The translations under genes and the position numbers were made by a program. DNA of 63,738 nucleotides, from the NCBI GenBank assembly GCA_044222475.1, contig JBGANF010000037.1, positions 1 through 63,738 on the forward strand. The letters are read 5' to 3'. Positions 27,373 to 35,942 of the stretch are shown here, piece after piece. Numbering within the stretch: position 1 is the stretch's first letter; each line of letters starts with the position of its first letter. The stretch comes from Polyangiaceae bacterium (GTDB lineage Bacteria > Myxococcota_A > Polyangia > Polyangiales > Polyangiaceae). Below the pieces are notes generated by a model that was not told the DNA's origin, did not search any database, and worked only from the letters and a program-made list of their open reading frames with translations.

Positions 27373-29577
27373 ATGAGCGACGAAAAGAAGAAGCCATCCG
27401 CCGATGCGGAGATGATGAAGAAGCCGCCCCCTGACGACGTCGGGGGAGCTTCGATGATGAAGAAGCCGCCCCCCGGTGCGGGCGGCGGCGACATGATGAA
27501 GAAGCCGGGCGGCGGAACACCGGGGTTCGCCAAAGGCGAAGCGGTCATGCCGTCGAGCGAGCAGGTTCCCTATCGGAAGCTGTTTCGCTGGGGCTGGGTG
27601 ATCGTGCGGGCGGCGTTCGTGCCGTTCCTGCTCACGACGTTCCTCACCGTCTTCAACCAGACGCTGCTTCAGTTCAACTTGCAGCTCGTGGCGGCGGTCG
27701 TCGGTCACCTGAAGTCGCCATCGGCCGAGCAGATGCCGCCCGAGGCGAAGCCCACCCACACCGTCGAAGACGGGTCGACGGAGCCGCCGCCGAAGAAGAA
27801 GGACGAGGCGCCACCGAAGAAGGCCGAGGTCGGTGGCATCTTCGCGAAGCTGATCCCGCAGAGCACGACGAGCGCGTTCGAGCTCCTCGCGTCGCTCGCG
27901 ATCCTCGCGATCTTCCTCGCGCTCACCGAACGCCTGCTCACGCAGTGGTCCGACAACGTCATGCTGGCGCGCCTCCAGCAGCGTCTGCACGACAAGCTCC
28001 TGAAGCTCGGGCCCGGCTACCACATCGCGAACGACGTCGGCGTGACGACCTTGATCGTGTCGCGATTCTCGACCGGCGCGCAGCTCCTCTTGCGCGATCT
28101 CATCTCGTTCCCGGTCGTCCGCGGCATCGGGCTCGTCACCGCGCTCGTGTTCCTCTTCAACGCGCTCGCGTCGATCGGCAGCACCCCGGTCGCGCTGAAG
28201 ATCGTGCTGCTCGCGGTCATCCTCTTCCTGCCGATCCTCGGCGTGAACCTCGCGCGCCGTCTGCGGAAGGCGTTCGCCAAGGTGCGCGACAGCGAGCTCG
28301 CGCTCTCGGAGGAGCTGCAGAACTCGCTGTCGATGCCGCTCGAGGTGCAGCTCATGGGCGCGCTCCCCCAGCGCTCCGAGGCGTTCCAGAAGAAGCTCCA
28401 AGTGCACGTGCGCAACAAGGTGGCGGCCTCGCTCCGGAACGAGACGTCGAGCCAGGCGCAGAACGCGATCCCGTCGCTGCTGCAGCTCGGGTTCCTCGGC
28501 TACGGCGTCTACCTCGCGACCACGCTCGAGAGCCCCGCCGCCGTCGCCGGTGCCACCGGCGCGCTCATCGCGATCTACCAGTTCGTGCCGACCGCGGTGT
28601 CGCCGGTCCAACAGATCATCATGTTCTTCAACGGCCTGAACTCCGCGTGGGCGCAGGTCGAGAAGGTCGTCGACATCCTCGAGGCCGAGCCCGAGATCCA
28701 AGAGCCGAAGAACCCGAAGCCGCTCCCCGAGGGTCCCGAGAAGGTCACCCTCGAGGACGTGACGTTCGCGTACCGCAAAGGGATCAAGCCCGTCCTCGAC
28801 GGCGTCACGCTCACGTTCGAGCCGGGCAAGATCACGGCGCTCGTCGGGGCGGCGGGCAGCGGCAAGTCGACCATCTTCAACCTGATCGCGCGCCTGTCGG
28901 ATCCGCAGAGCGGCAAGGTCCGCATCGGCGGCGTCGACGTGCGCCAAGCTTCGATCGACGAGCTCCGCCGCCGCGTCGTCCGCGTCGCGCAGTTCCCGCT
29001 CTTCGTCGCCGGCACGGTGCGAGAGAACTTCCTGCTCGCCAAGGCCGACGCGACCGACGAGGAGATCGAGGCCGTCTCGAAGAAGACGGGCTTCTGGGAC
29101 GTGCTGCTCCGCGTGTCGCCGAAGGATCCGCTCGGCTACGTGCTGCCGCGCAACGTCGCGCAGGGTCTCTCCGGCGGGCAGCGGCGCCTCCTCTCGATCA
29201 CCCGCGCGCTGCTCCACTCGCCGAGCGTGCTCCTCCTCGACGAGCCGACGACCGGAATCGACAACATCACGCTCCAGAACCTGGTCCGCTTCATCAAAAG
29301 CTTGTCGGTCGGGGGCACTGCCCCCGACGCCCCCGGAGAGTCCTCGGCTCGCGGCGGTCCGCGAGCCTCGATGACGGTGATCGTCATCGACCACGACATC
29401 GAGGGCTTCATCGGGCGCATCGCCACGTCGGTGTGCGTGCTCGAGAACGGGAAGATCGCCGCGCACGGCACGCACGACGAGCTCGTCGCGCAGGAAGGGC
29501 TCTACAAGCGCCTCGTAGAGGCGTCGAAAGAGGCCGAGCCGCCTCCAGAGAAAGCCGGTAATCTGAAAAAACCATGA
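27373..29577 (+). CDS. Fused TMD-NBD ABC exporter
   Basis: TM helices, Walker A GAAGSGKST, LSGGQ signature, Walker B LLLDEPT. N-terminal MMKKP repeats; no recognisable C39 peptidase domain. Confidence 0.92.
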   Translation: MSDEKKKPSADAEMMKKPPPDDVGGASMMKKPPPGAGGGDMMKKPGGGTPGFAKGEAVMPSSEQVPYRKLFRWGWVIVRAAFVPFLLTTFLTVFNQTLLQFNLQLVAAVVGHLKSPSAEQMPPEAKPTHTVEDGSTEPPPKKKDEAPPKKAEVGGIFAKLIPQSTTSAFELLASLAILAIFLALTERLLTQWSDNVMLARLQQRLHDKLLKLGPGYHIANDVGVTTLIVSRFSTGAQLLLRDLISFPVVRGIGLVTALVFLFNALASIGSTPVALKIVLLAVILFLPILGVNLARRLRKAFAKVRDSELALSEELQNSLSMPLEVQLMGALPQRSEAFQKKLQVHVRNKVAASLRNETSSQAQNAIPSLLQLGFLGYGVYLATTLESPAAVAGATGALIAIYQFVPTAVSPVQQIIMFFNGLNSAWAQVEKVVDILEAEPEIQEPKNPKPLPEGPEKVTLEDVTFAYRKGIKPVLDGVTLTFEPGKITALVGAAGSGKSTIFNLIARLSDPQSGKVRIGGVDVRQASIDELRRRVVRVAQFPLFVAGTVRENFLLAKADATDEEIEAVSKKTGFWDVLLRVSPKDPLGYVLPRNVAQGLSGGQRRLLSITRALLHSPSVLLLDEPTTGIDNITLQNLVRFIKSLSVGGTAPDAPGESSARGGPRASMTVIVIDHDIEGFIGRIATSVCVLENGKIAAHGTHDELVAQEGLYKRLVEASKEAEPPPEKAGNLKKP

Positions 29578-30227
29578 GCAGCCACCTCGCGACGTACCTC
29601 GCCATCGCGCCGAAGAGCCCGGAGGAGCTCGTTCTTCGGCTCCTCATCCAGCTCGGCGCGCAGGTCGTGAACGCCCAAGAAGGATCGCTCCTCGTCTACG
29701 ATCCCGAGAAGAACGACCTCGTCTTCGCGATGACGGTCGGCGGCGCCGATACCCTCGTGGGACAACGCGTACCGCTCGACAAGGGGCTCACCGGGCTCGC
29801 GGCAGCGACGCGCGAGGTCCAGATCGGCGCGCCCACGTTCATGGGCGTCAAGCAGGGCGAGGGTCACAGCGCGGGGCCGTCGGGCGTCATCGCGGCGCCG
29901 ATGCTCGTCGCCGACGATCTCGTCGGAGTCATCACCGCCGTCACGTTCGAGCAGGGAAAGCGCTTCAGCAGCAAAGACGGCGAGCTCTACGGGCGCCTCG
30001 CGGCCGTCGCCGGCGTCGTCGTGCAGCAGCGCCGACAGCTCAAGGCGATCGAAGCGCAGGCGAAGGGCGGGGCGGCCAAGGGCAATGAGGTCGAGCACCG
30101 CATCGCCGCGTCACTCGGGAACATCGGTCGCGCCGGGGGGATGAACGCGCTCGGTCACGTCGCGAAGATCCTCGCCGAGATCGAGGCGATGACGGGCGGC
30201 GGCCACGGCGACGTCGAGGTTCCCTGA
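29574..30227 (+). CDS. Stand-alone GAF domain protein
   Basis: AQEGSLLVYD...LVF...RVPLDKGLTG...IAAPMLVADDLVGVITAV...FSSKD; ATGA coupling to the ABC gene. Confidence 0.85.
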   Translation: MSSHLATYLAIAPKSPEELVLRLLIQLGAQVVNAQEGSLLVYDPEKNDLVFAMTVGGADTLVGQRVPLDKGLTGLAAATREVQIGAPTFMGVKQGEGHSAGPSGVIAAPMLVADDLVGVITAVTFEQGKRFSSKDGELYGRLAAVAGVVVQQRRQLKAIEAQAKGGAAKGNEVEHRIAASLGNIGRAGGMNALGHVAKILAEIEAMTGGGHGDVEVP

Positions 30228-30229
30228 CG

Positions 30230-30991
30230 ATGCCGTCTCCGGCTCTGCTCGCGCTGAAGGAGAAGCTCGAGGATCTCCAGAAGCGGGACTTGCCTCCCGT
30301 GCGCGTCGCCGTGCTCGACAGCGGCGTCGACGCGACGCACCCCGACCTCACCGCGTTCGTCGACAAGGCGTTCGGCGCGGACATGGTCGAAGGCAAGTGC
30401 GTCATCAGCGAAGAGACCGTCCCGAAGAACTGCGATGCGTTCGGTCACGGCACCGCGGTCTCGAGCATCATCGTCAAGGTCGCGAAGAACGCGCGCATCA
30501 CCGACTACCGCGTTCTCGGCAAGGACAACACCGGCGCGGGTGAAGCGCTCCTCACGTCGCTCAAGCACGCGATCGAGGCCGACTTCCCGATCATCAACAT
30601 GAGCCTCGCCGCCAAAGCCGATTTCGGTCCGCGGCTGCAGCCCCTCTGCGACGCGGCGTACCGCAAGGGTCAGATCATCGTCGCCGCGAAGCGCAACATG
30701 CCTCTCGTCGATCTCGGGTATCCCGCCGAGCTCACTCCGTCGGTCATCAGCGTCGAGCGCGACAAGTACCCGACGCAACTCTTCGTGAAGTACCAGCCCA
30801 ACAGCGTCATCGAGTTCGTCGGCCACGGCGAAGACGTCACGGTCGCCGCGCCCGGAGGCGGCTACACGACGAAGACCGGCACGAGCTTCGCGACGCCGGC
30901 GGTGAGCGGGATCGTCGCGCTGCTGCTCGGCGCGTTCCCTGATCTCCGGCCGTTCGAGGTGAAGACTCTGCTGCGCGCGGTCGAGGGCTGA
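30230..30991 (+). CDS. S8 (subtilisin-like) serine peptidase, minimal, no signal or propeptide
   Basis: Catalytic triad motifs VAVLDSG, GHGTAV, GTSFATP; INMSL. Confidence 0.93.
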   Translation: MPSPALLALKEKLEDLQKRDLPPVRVAVLDSGVDATHPDLTAFVDKAFGADMVEGKCVISEETVPKNCDAFGHGTAVSSIIVKVAKNARITDYRVLGKDNTGAGEALLTSLKHAIEADFPIINMSLAAKADFGPRLQPLCDAAYRKGQIIVAAKRNMPLVDLGYPAELTPSVISVERDKYPTQLFVKYQPNSVIEFVGHGEDVTVAAPGGGYTTKTGTSFATPAVSGIVALLLGAFPDLRPFEVKTLLRAVEG

Positions 30992-31744
30992 GTGCAGCTC
31001 GCGTCGTGGCTCCGGATCCTCGCCGCCGACGGCGGCGCGCGCGAGCGCAACGATGCGGCGCAGCGCGTGCTGTCGCTCGTCGGTGCGTGGGCGCCGGGCT
31101 ACGTGAAGAAGAACGCGCCGTGCTCGCTCGACGACGACGACGCGGGCGAGGCGCTGCAGCACCTCCTCACGCGCTGCGCGCTCGGCAAGTCGCGCTTCCG
31201 CGGCGAGACCGAGGGTGAAGCGCACGCGTACTGCATGCGCGTCCTCTTGAACAAGGCGCGCGACATCTGCCGCGCCAAGCGCCGCATGCGCTCGCTCACG
31301 CGCCAGAGCGACGATGGCGACGGCGAAGAGATCGAGATCGTCGGCGACACCGACATCGCCCTCGACGAGGTCGCGCTCCGCGAGATCGCGAATACGCTCG
31401 AGCTCGTCGAGCAGATCCTGCACCGCCTGCACCGCGCGAAGGACGTGCCCGGTCTCGTCACGTCGCTCCGATGCCACGTCGACGCGCGTCTCGGTGCGAC
31501 GCTCGAAGAGCAACTCGAGACGTTCGGCTACACCGACGGCGAGCCGCGCACCAAGGAGACGTTCGTCAAGGCGCGCAACCGCGTCTACCAATACCGAAAC
31601 CGCGGACGCAAAGCCGGCAGCGCCGCGCTCGAAGCTCTCATCGGCGAAGGACGCCTTCACGAAGCCGACGTGGAGCACGTTCGCCGCATCCTCGTGGGCG
31701 ACCCCGAAGTCCGGGCCGAGAAGCCCGCAGCGGAGCTGAGTTGA
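30992..31744 (+). CDS. Divergent ECF-like sigma-70 family protein
   Basis: Region-2-like DDAGEALQ...FRG...AYCMRVLLNKARDICR; region-4-like RNRVYQYRNRGRK. GTG directly after the S8 stop. Confidence 0.6.
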   Translation: MQLASWLRILAADGGARERNDAAQRVLSLVGAWAPGYVKKNAPCSLDDDDAGEALQHLLTRCALGKSRFRGETEGEAHAYCMRVLLNKARDICRAKRRMRSLTRQSDDGDGEEIEIVGDTDIALDEVALREIANTLELVEQILHRLHRAKDVPGLVTSLRCHVDARLGATLEEQLETFGYTDGEPRTKETFVKARNRVYQYRNRGRKAGSAALEALIGEGRLHEADVEHVRRILVGDPEVRAEKPAAELS

Positions 31745-31796
31745 GGTTCCTGTCAGACCGTAGGTTTTCACGGCGTCCTGCCGGAGGAAGGTCCTG

Positions 31797-32747
31797 ATGC
31801 CGGAATTGTCCTACACCCTGCGACCGATGCCGTTTTCATCGGAGTCCCGAGCACTTGCAGCGCTGGTCGTCATCGGGATGAAGCTGCGGATCGGCTCGAA
31901 ACAGCGGGCCGAGCTCGAGCGGTGGATGCTCCAACCGTCGTCGGACGACGACGCGTTCTGGGTCGACGCCGAGGCCGAAGCCGTGTCCGAGGCGAAGCTC
32001 CTCCAAGCGTGGCTCGCCGGCGACGATCGCACACAGGCCGCCGCGATGCTCGTGCGTCGCGATCGCCTCGAGAGCGCGCTCGTGGCGATGGGCGCGGCGA
32101 CGCTCGCGGGGAGCGAGCTCGCGGGCAAGTGCGAGCGCGCGCTCTCGGGGGTCCTCGATCGCATCGACGAGGGCGCGAAGAGCGACGCAAGTCTCTCGGA
32201 GCGCGTGCGCGGCTCGGATTTCTCGGAGCTGCGGCGTTCGGCCAAGCTCGACGCGTCCACCTGGTGGCTCGATGAAGCAGCGCTCGAGCCGATCTCGAAG
32301 GGAGGGGACCTTCTTCGCGCGCTGCGCGAACGCCGGAAAAGCGTAGCCGCTCCTTCCGCCGGTGATCTCGCCGTGCGCATGACGGCCGAGCGTCTGGCGA
32401 AGCCCGCTCCGGACACGCAAGCGCGTCTCTACGCCGACGTCGTCGGTCAAGAGGAGGAGCCCGCGCCGTTCGGTACTGCGCTCGTCGCGCGATTGTGCGA
32501 CGAGGCGGTCGAGATCGTCGCGCTCGGCCTGTCGGACGAAGAGAGCCCGCCGGGGCTCCTCGTGCATGCGTCGGACGGCAAGCACGAGAACATCCTCTCG
32601 GTCGAGGTCACGCCGGCGCTCGCGCGCCCGCCGACGAAGGCGAAGAGCGCGTGGTGGGTCTCGTTCGCAGGGACGCCGAAGGGCGAGTACGTGATCAGGG
32701 TAGTGCACCGCACTGGCGCTGGTGCGCTGAAGGTGGTGGTCGAATGA
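31797..32747 (+). CDS. Hypothetical soluble protein (candidate sigma partner)
   Basis: 316-aa ORF directly after the sigma-like gene; helical N-terminus with RRDRLES and TWWL, beta-rich C-terminus. Confidence 0.6.
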   Translation: MPELSYTLRPMPFSSESRALAALVVIGMKLRIGSKQRAELERWMLQPSSDDDAFWVDAEAEAVSEAKLLQAWLAGDDRTQAAAMLVRRDRLESALVAMGAATLAGSELAGKCERALSGVLDRIDEGAKSDASLSERVRGSDFSELRRSAKLDASTWWLDEAALEPISKGGDLLRALRERRKSVAAPSAGDLAVRMTAERLAKPAPDTQARLYADVVGQEEEPAPFGTALVARLCDEAVEIVALGLSDEESPPGLLVHASDGKHENILSVEVTPALARPPTKAKSAWWVSFAGTPKGEYVIRVVHRTGAGALKVVVE

Positions 32748-32782
32748 TCTCGCGCGCACCGAACTGTGATAGGCCAGTCGTC

Positions 32783-33526
32783 ATGCGCGGAGGCATCGTG
32801 GCTCTTCTGTTCGTGACGGCCTGCGTTGGCGACGCAGTCGTTGTCACGGATTCGGGCTCACCGATCATCGAGGCCGGCCCGGCGATCAAAGTCTCCGTCG
32901 TACGCAACCCGGCCGAAGCCGATCACCCCGCGATGGGGTCGCGAGTGACGGTGGAGGGGCTCGTCGTCACCAACACGAAGACCGTCGGCAACTCGAAGCT
33001 CTTCTTCGCCCAGGATCCCAGCCTGCAGTCGTGGGCCGGCATCGTCATCTTCACCGGTCCGAACACGCCGAGCGTAGCTCCCGGCGCAGTCGTGAGGGCC
33101 ACGGGTACGTACACCGCCTACAAGGGCCTCGAAGAGATCGACGTCTCGACGACGGGGACGTACACGCAGACGGGCACCGCGCCCGTTCCTGCCCCCATCG
33201 ACGTAGCCATCGCCGACATCAACGGAACGGCGGGGCGGGCGCTCGAGCTCCAATCGATGCTCGTGCGAGTGAAGGACGTCACTGCCACCGCCGCTACGGC
33301 GCCGCCGCCGAGCGTGGAGTTCCCCGTGACCAACACGGCATCTCCCGGCCCGTCGTTGCAGGTGTCGAGCTTCTACGCGAACGACGTCGGTCCGTCGCCG
33401 TTTCCCGCAACACAAGGACAGATGTTCCTCTCCATCACCGGCAACGAGGTGATGAGCGCCGCGGGAGCGTCGACTCCCATCGGGAAGCTGGCGCCGGGGC
33501 GTGCGAGCGATCTCGTTCCCAAGTGA
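32783..33526 (+). CDS. Lipoprotein with OB-fold-like repeats
   Basis: Signal ending VTAC; VTVEGLVVT...FFAQD...GIVIF...GAVVRATG...EEI and ELQSMLVRVKDV. Alternative start at 32744 overlaps the upstream stop. Confidence 0.72.
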   Translation: MRGGIVALLFVTACVGDAVVVTDSGSPIIEAGPAIKVSVVRNPAEADHPAMGSRVTVEGLVVTNTKTVGNSKLFFAQDPSLQSWAGIVIFTGPNTPSVAPGAVVRATGTYTAYKGLEEIDVSTTGTYTQTGTAPVPAPIDVAIADINGTAGRALELQSMLVRVKDVTATAATAPPPSVEFPVTNTASPGPSLQVSSFYANDVGPSPFPATQGQMFLSITGNEVMSAAGASTPIGKLAPGRASDLVPK

Positions 33527-33773
33527 GCTTCACCGGGCAGCGTCCACGGCGCCGACGCGGGTGGACGGTTGCTGGCAGCGCTTGCCGGCTAGCGGTCTGG
33601 CTCGCGAGCCAGTCGACCGGGGTCGCTAGCCGACGATCGGTGGCACTGGCGCGGCGCCAGTCGATTGGTGGCGCGCGCCACTTGGGCTCGCTTCGGCTTC
33701 GCCGGTAACTCCACGAGTTCATTGAGGGTCGGCGGACACGGTGCGTTGGTATGCGTGATGCTAGGGCCTCGGC

Positions 33774-34325
33774 ATGGACCGCGTTCTGTTCTGTGCGAAA
33801 CGCACTCACTTCTCGTATGCCACACACGCCAATCGGCGCGTCCGGCCGTGGAACCTCACTGCCGGGCGCATCGATCTTCTCGTGTGCCACCGCTCTGCGC
33901 TACTCAGCGCGGGCGTCGTCTATCAATCCGACCTGCGGGCACGGCTCTCCGTCACGCGGACTACGATCTGCGTCATGCTCAAGCGAATGGAGCGGCTCGG
34001 CCTGGTGCACCGACGGCGCAGCGAAACCGACCGGCGCCAAGTCGTCGTCACCGTCACCCCGGCGGGCTACGCAGCGTTCGAGAAGGTGTGCCACCTCGTG
34101 GACGGAGGCGCCTACGGCCGCGTCGTCGATGGCGCGCTCGATCGCCTAGACTTCGAAGAACCGGTAGCCGAGAAGCGAACGCGCTTCCTCCGCTACATCG
34201 AAGGCGTCCGATCTCAGTTCGGCGACGCTGCGGCGTCTCCCTACCCGCGGGAGTCGCATCCGAACCTTGCCGTCACCGAAGCGGAAGCAAAAGCGTTGGC
34301 GATGCTTCGCAAGTACGCCGCGTGA
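33774..34325 (+). CDS. MarR-family winged-helix regulator
   Basis: QSDLRARLSVTRTTICVMLKRMERLGLVHRRRSETDRRQVVVTVTPAG. Confidence 0.85.
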   Translation: MDRVLFCAKRTHFSYATHANRRVRPWNLTAGRIDLLVCHRSALLSAGVVYQSDLRARLSVTRTTICVMLKRMERLGLVHRRRSETDRRQVVVTVTPAGYAAFEKVCHLVDGGAYGRVVDGALDRLDFEEPVAEKRTRFLRYIEGVRSQFGDAAASPYPRESHPNLAVTEAEAKALAMLRKYAA

Positions 34326-34334
34326 GGCGTCTGC

Positions 34335-34697
34335 TCAGCTCCCCGTCGGCACGATCGTGTCTTGCTCGACCATGAGCACGACCGCTCCGTTCGGCGCCTT
34401 CGGTCGATGACGCACCCCGCGCGGGACCATCACGCCCTCCATCGGACCGAGCTTCGCGGAGTCACGCCCCTCGAGCTCGATCTCGAGCGCGCCCTCGAGG
34501 ACGAGGAAGAACTCGTCCTCCTTCTCGTGCGCATGCCAGTGGAACTCGCCTTTGAAGACGCCGATGCGCACCAAGCTCCCGTTGACGCCGCAGAGGGTGC
34601 GGTTGAACCACGGGTGGTCGCTGAGCTTCTTCACTGCATCGATCGAGATCGTCTGCAGTCCTTCGTACACGGGCTTCGTCACGATGTCGTAGTTCAT
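34335..34697 (-). CDS. Cupin domain protein
   Basis: GEFHWHAHEKEDEFFLVLEG...VPRGVRHRP. Confidence 0.92.
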   Translation of the reverse strand: MNYDIVTKPVYEGLQTISIDAVKKLSDHPWFNRTLCGVNGSLVRIGVFKGEFHWHAHEKEDEFFLVLEGALEIELEGRDSAKLGPMEGVMVPRGVRHRPKAPNGAVVLMVEQDTIVPTGS

Positions 34698-34701
34698 GGG
34701 A

Positions 34702-35292
34702 TCACTCTTCGTGCGAGAACGTCAGCGGGTAGACGACGGTCACGATGCCACCCTCGGGCGTGGGGAACGTGATCTTCTTGAAGTGATCCACGATGCAGCT
34801 CACGACCGTCGCGTCGCCGAGCGTCGTGTCCGGATCACTCGTCGCGGACGAGACGGCGCCGTCCTGGCCGATGACGAAGCGAACGACGACCTTGCCGGCG
34901 AGCTTCGCGTTTCGTGCGAGACCGCTGTCGTAGCAGCTCCGGATCCCGCCGAGGTTCTGTCGAACGACGCGCTGGATGACCTCGGGCGGAAGTCGTCCGG
35001 TCACGCTGAGCGCGCCGAAGTGCAACTCGCCGTTGGGTTTCGGGCCGAAGTGCTGCGGCGCCTCGCCGAACGAGAGCGCCGTCGAAGGAGCCGACCCCGT
35101 GGGTCCGACTCCGACCCCGAGACCCGAGGCCATCGGCGGCGGCGGCGGCGGCGGCGTCTCGACGGGGATCCCCGCGGACGCCGACGGCGCTGGATCGCCG
35201 AGCGTGCCCGACGACTGCTGGGCTTGGTCTTGGATCCGCTTGCTGCACGCGGAGAGCGCGAGAAGGAGCAGGAGGGTGACAGGTCGTCGCAT
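34702..35292 (-). CDS. Lipoprotein with AgmX/PglI C-terminal (TonB-C-like) domain
   Basis: Lipobox LSAC; GRLPPEVIQRVVRQN...IRSCYD...LAGKVVVRFVI...FPTPEGGIVTVVYP. Confidence 0.85.
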   Translation of the reverse strand: MRRPVTLLLLLALSACSKRIQDQAQQSSGTLGDPAPSASAGIPVETPPPPPPPMASGLGVGVGPTGSAPSTALSFGEAPQHFGPKPNGELHFGALSVTGRLPPEVIQRVVRQNLGGIRSCYDSGLARNAKLAGKVVVRFVIGQDGAVSSATSDPDTTLGDATVVSCIVDHFKKITFPTPEGGIVTVVYPLTFSHEE

Positions 35293-35295
35293 GGA

Positions 35296-35838
35296 TCAGC
35301 CTTCGTTCGAGAACACGACCGGGTACACGACGGTGACGATCCCGCCCTCGGGTTGAGGGAACGTGAGCGCCTTGAACTGACCGACGACGCAGCTCACGAC
35401 GGCGCCGTCGGTGATGGTCGTATCCGTGTCGCTCGTCGCCGAGCTGACCGAGCCTTCGCGCGCGATGACGAAACGCACCGAGATCTTCCCGGCGAGCTTC
35501 GGGTTGGTCTTCAGCCCGGTCTCGTAGCACGCGCGAATCTTGGGGAAGCTCTGACGAACGACGCGCTGGATGACCTCGGGAGGGAGATGTCCGGACACCG
35601 AGAGCTGGCCGCCGAGCGCGCGGTCTTCCTCGGTCTTGCCTCCCTGTGCCTGCCCCGGACCGTGGCGGCGAGAGTCCGTGGGCACGTCCGCGACCGCGCT
35701 GGCGGAAGGCGCGGGACCTCGAGTGATCGGCGGAGTGCTGCCCACCGCCACGCTCGTCGGAGCAGGAGCTTCGCTCCTGCACGCGAGAAGCGCTACCCCC
35801 GCGATCACGGTCGTGGCCCAAGTACGCATCGTCGACAT
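35296..35838 (-). CDS. Tandem paralog lipoprotein with AgmX/PglI C-terminal domain
   Basis: Lipobox LLAC; LPPEVIQRVVRQ...IRACYE...FPQPEGGIVTVVYP. Confidence 0.85.
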   Translation of the reverse strand: MSTMRTWATTVIAGVALLACRSEAPAPTSVAVGSTPPITRGPAPSASAVADVPTDSRRHGPGQAQGGKTEEDRALGGQLSVSGHLPPEVIQRVVRQSFPKIRACYETGLKTNPKLAGKISVRFVIAREGSVSSATSDTDTTITDGAVVSCVVGQFKALTFPQPEGGIVTVVYPVVFSNEG

Positions 35839-35942
35839 CGAGCCTATGCTAACTCGGCTCCAAGGTGGGTGCAGGTGCGGGGCTCGTGCGGACTTCGAAC
35901 GATCTCCGTTGATCGCGCGCCCATGTGCGCGAAGATCATCCA

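Noticed and set aside
26760..33526. Assignment to a known RiPP class (lanthipeptide, cyanobactin, sactipeptide, ranthipeptide)
   Set aside because: No LanB/C/M, YcaO, radical SAM or RRE gene is recognisable in the window.
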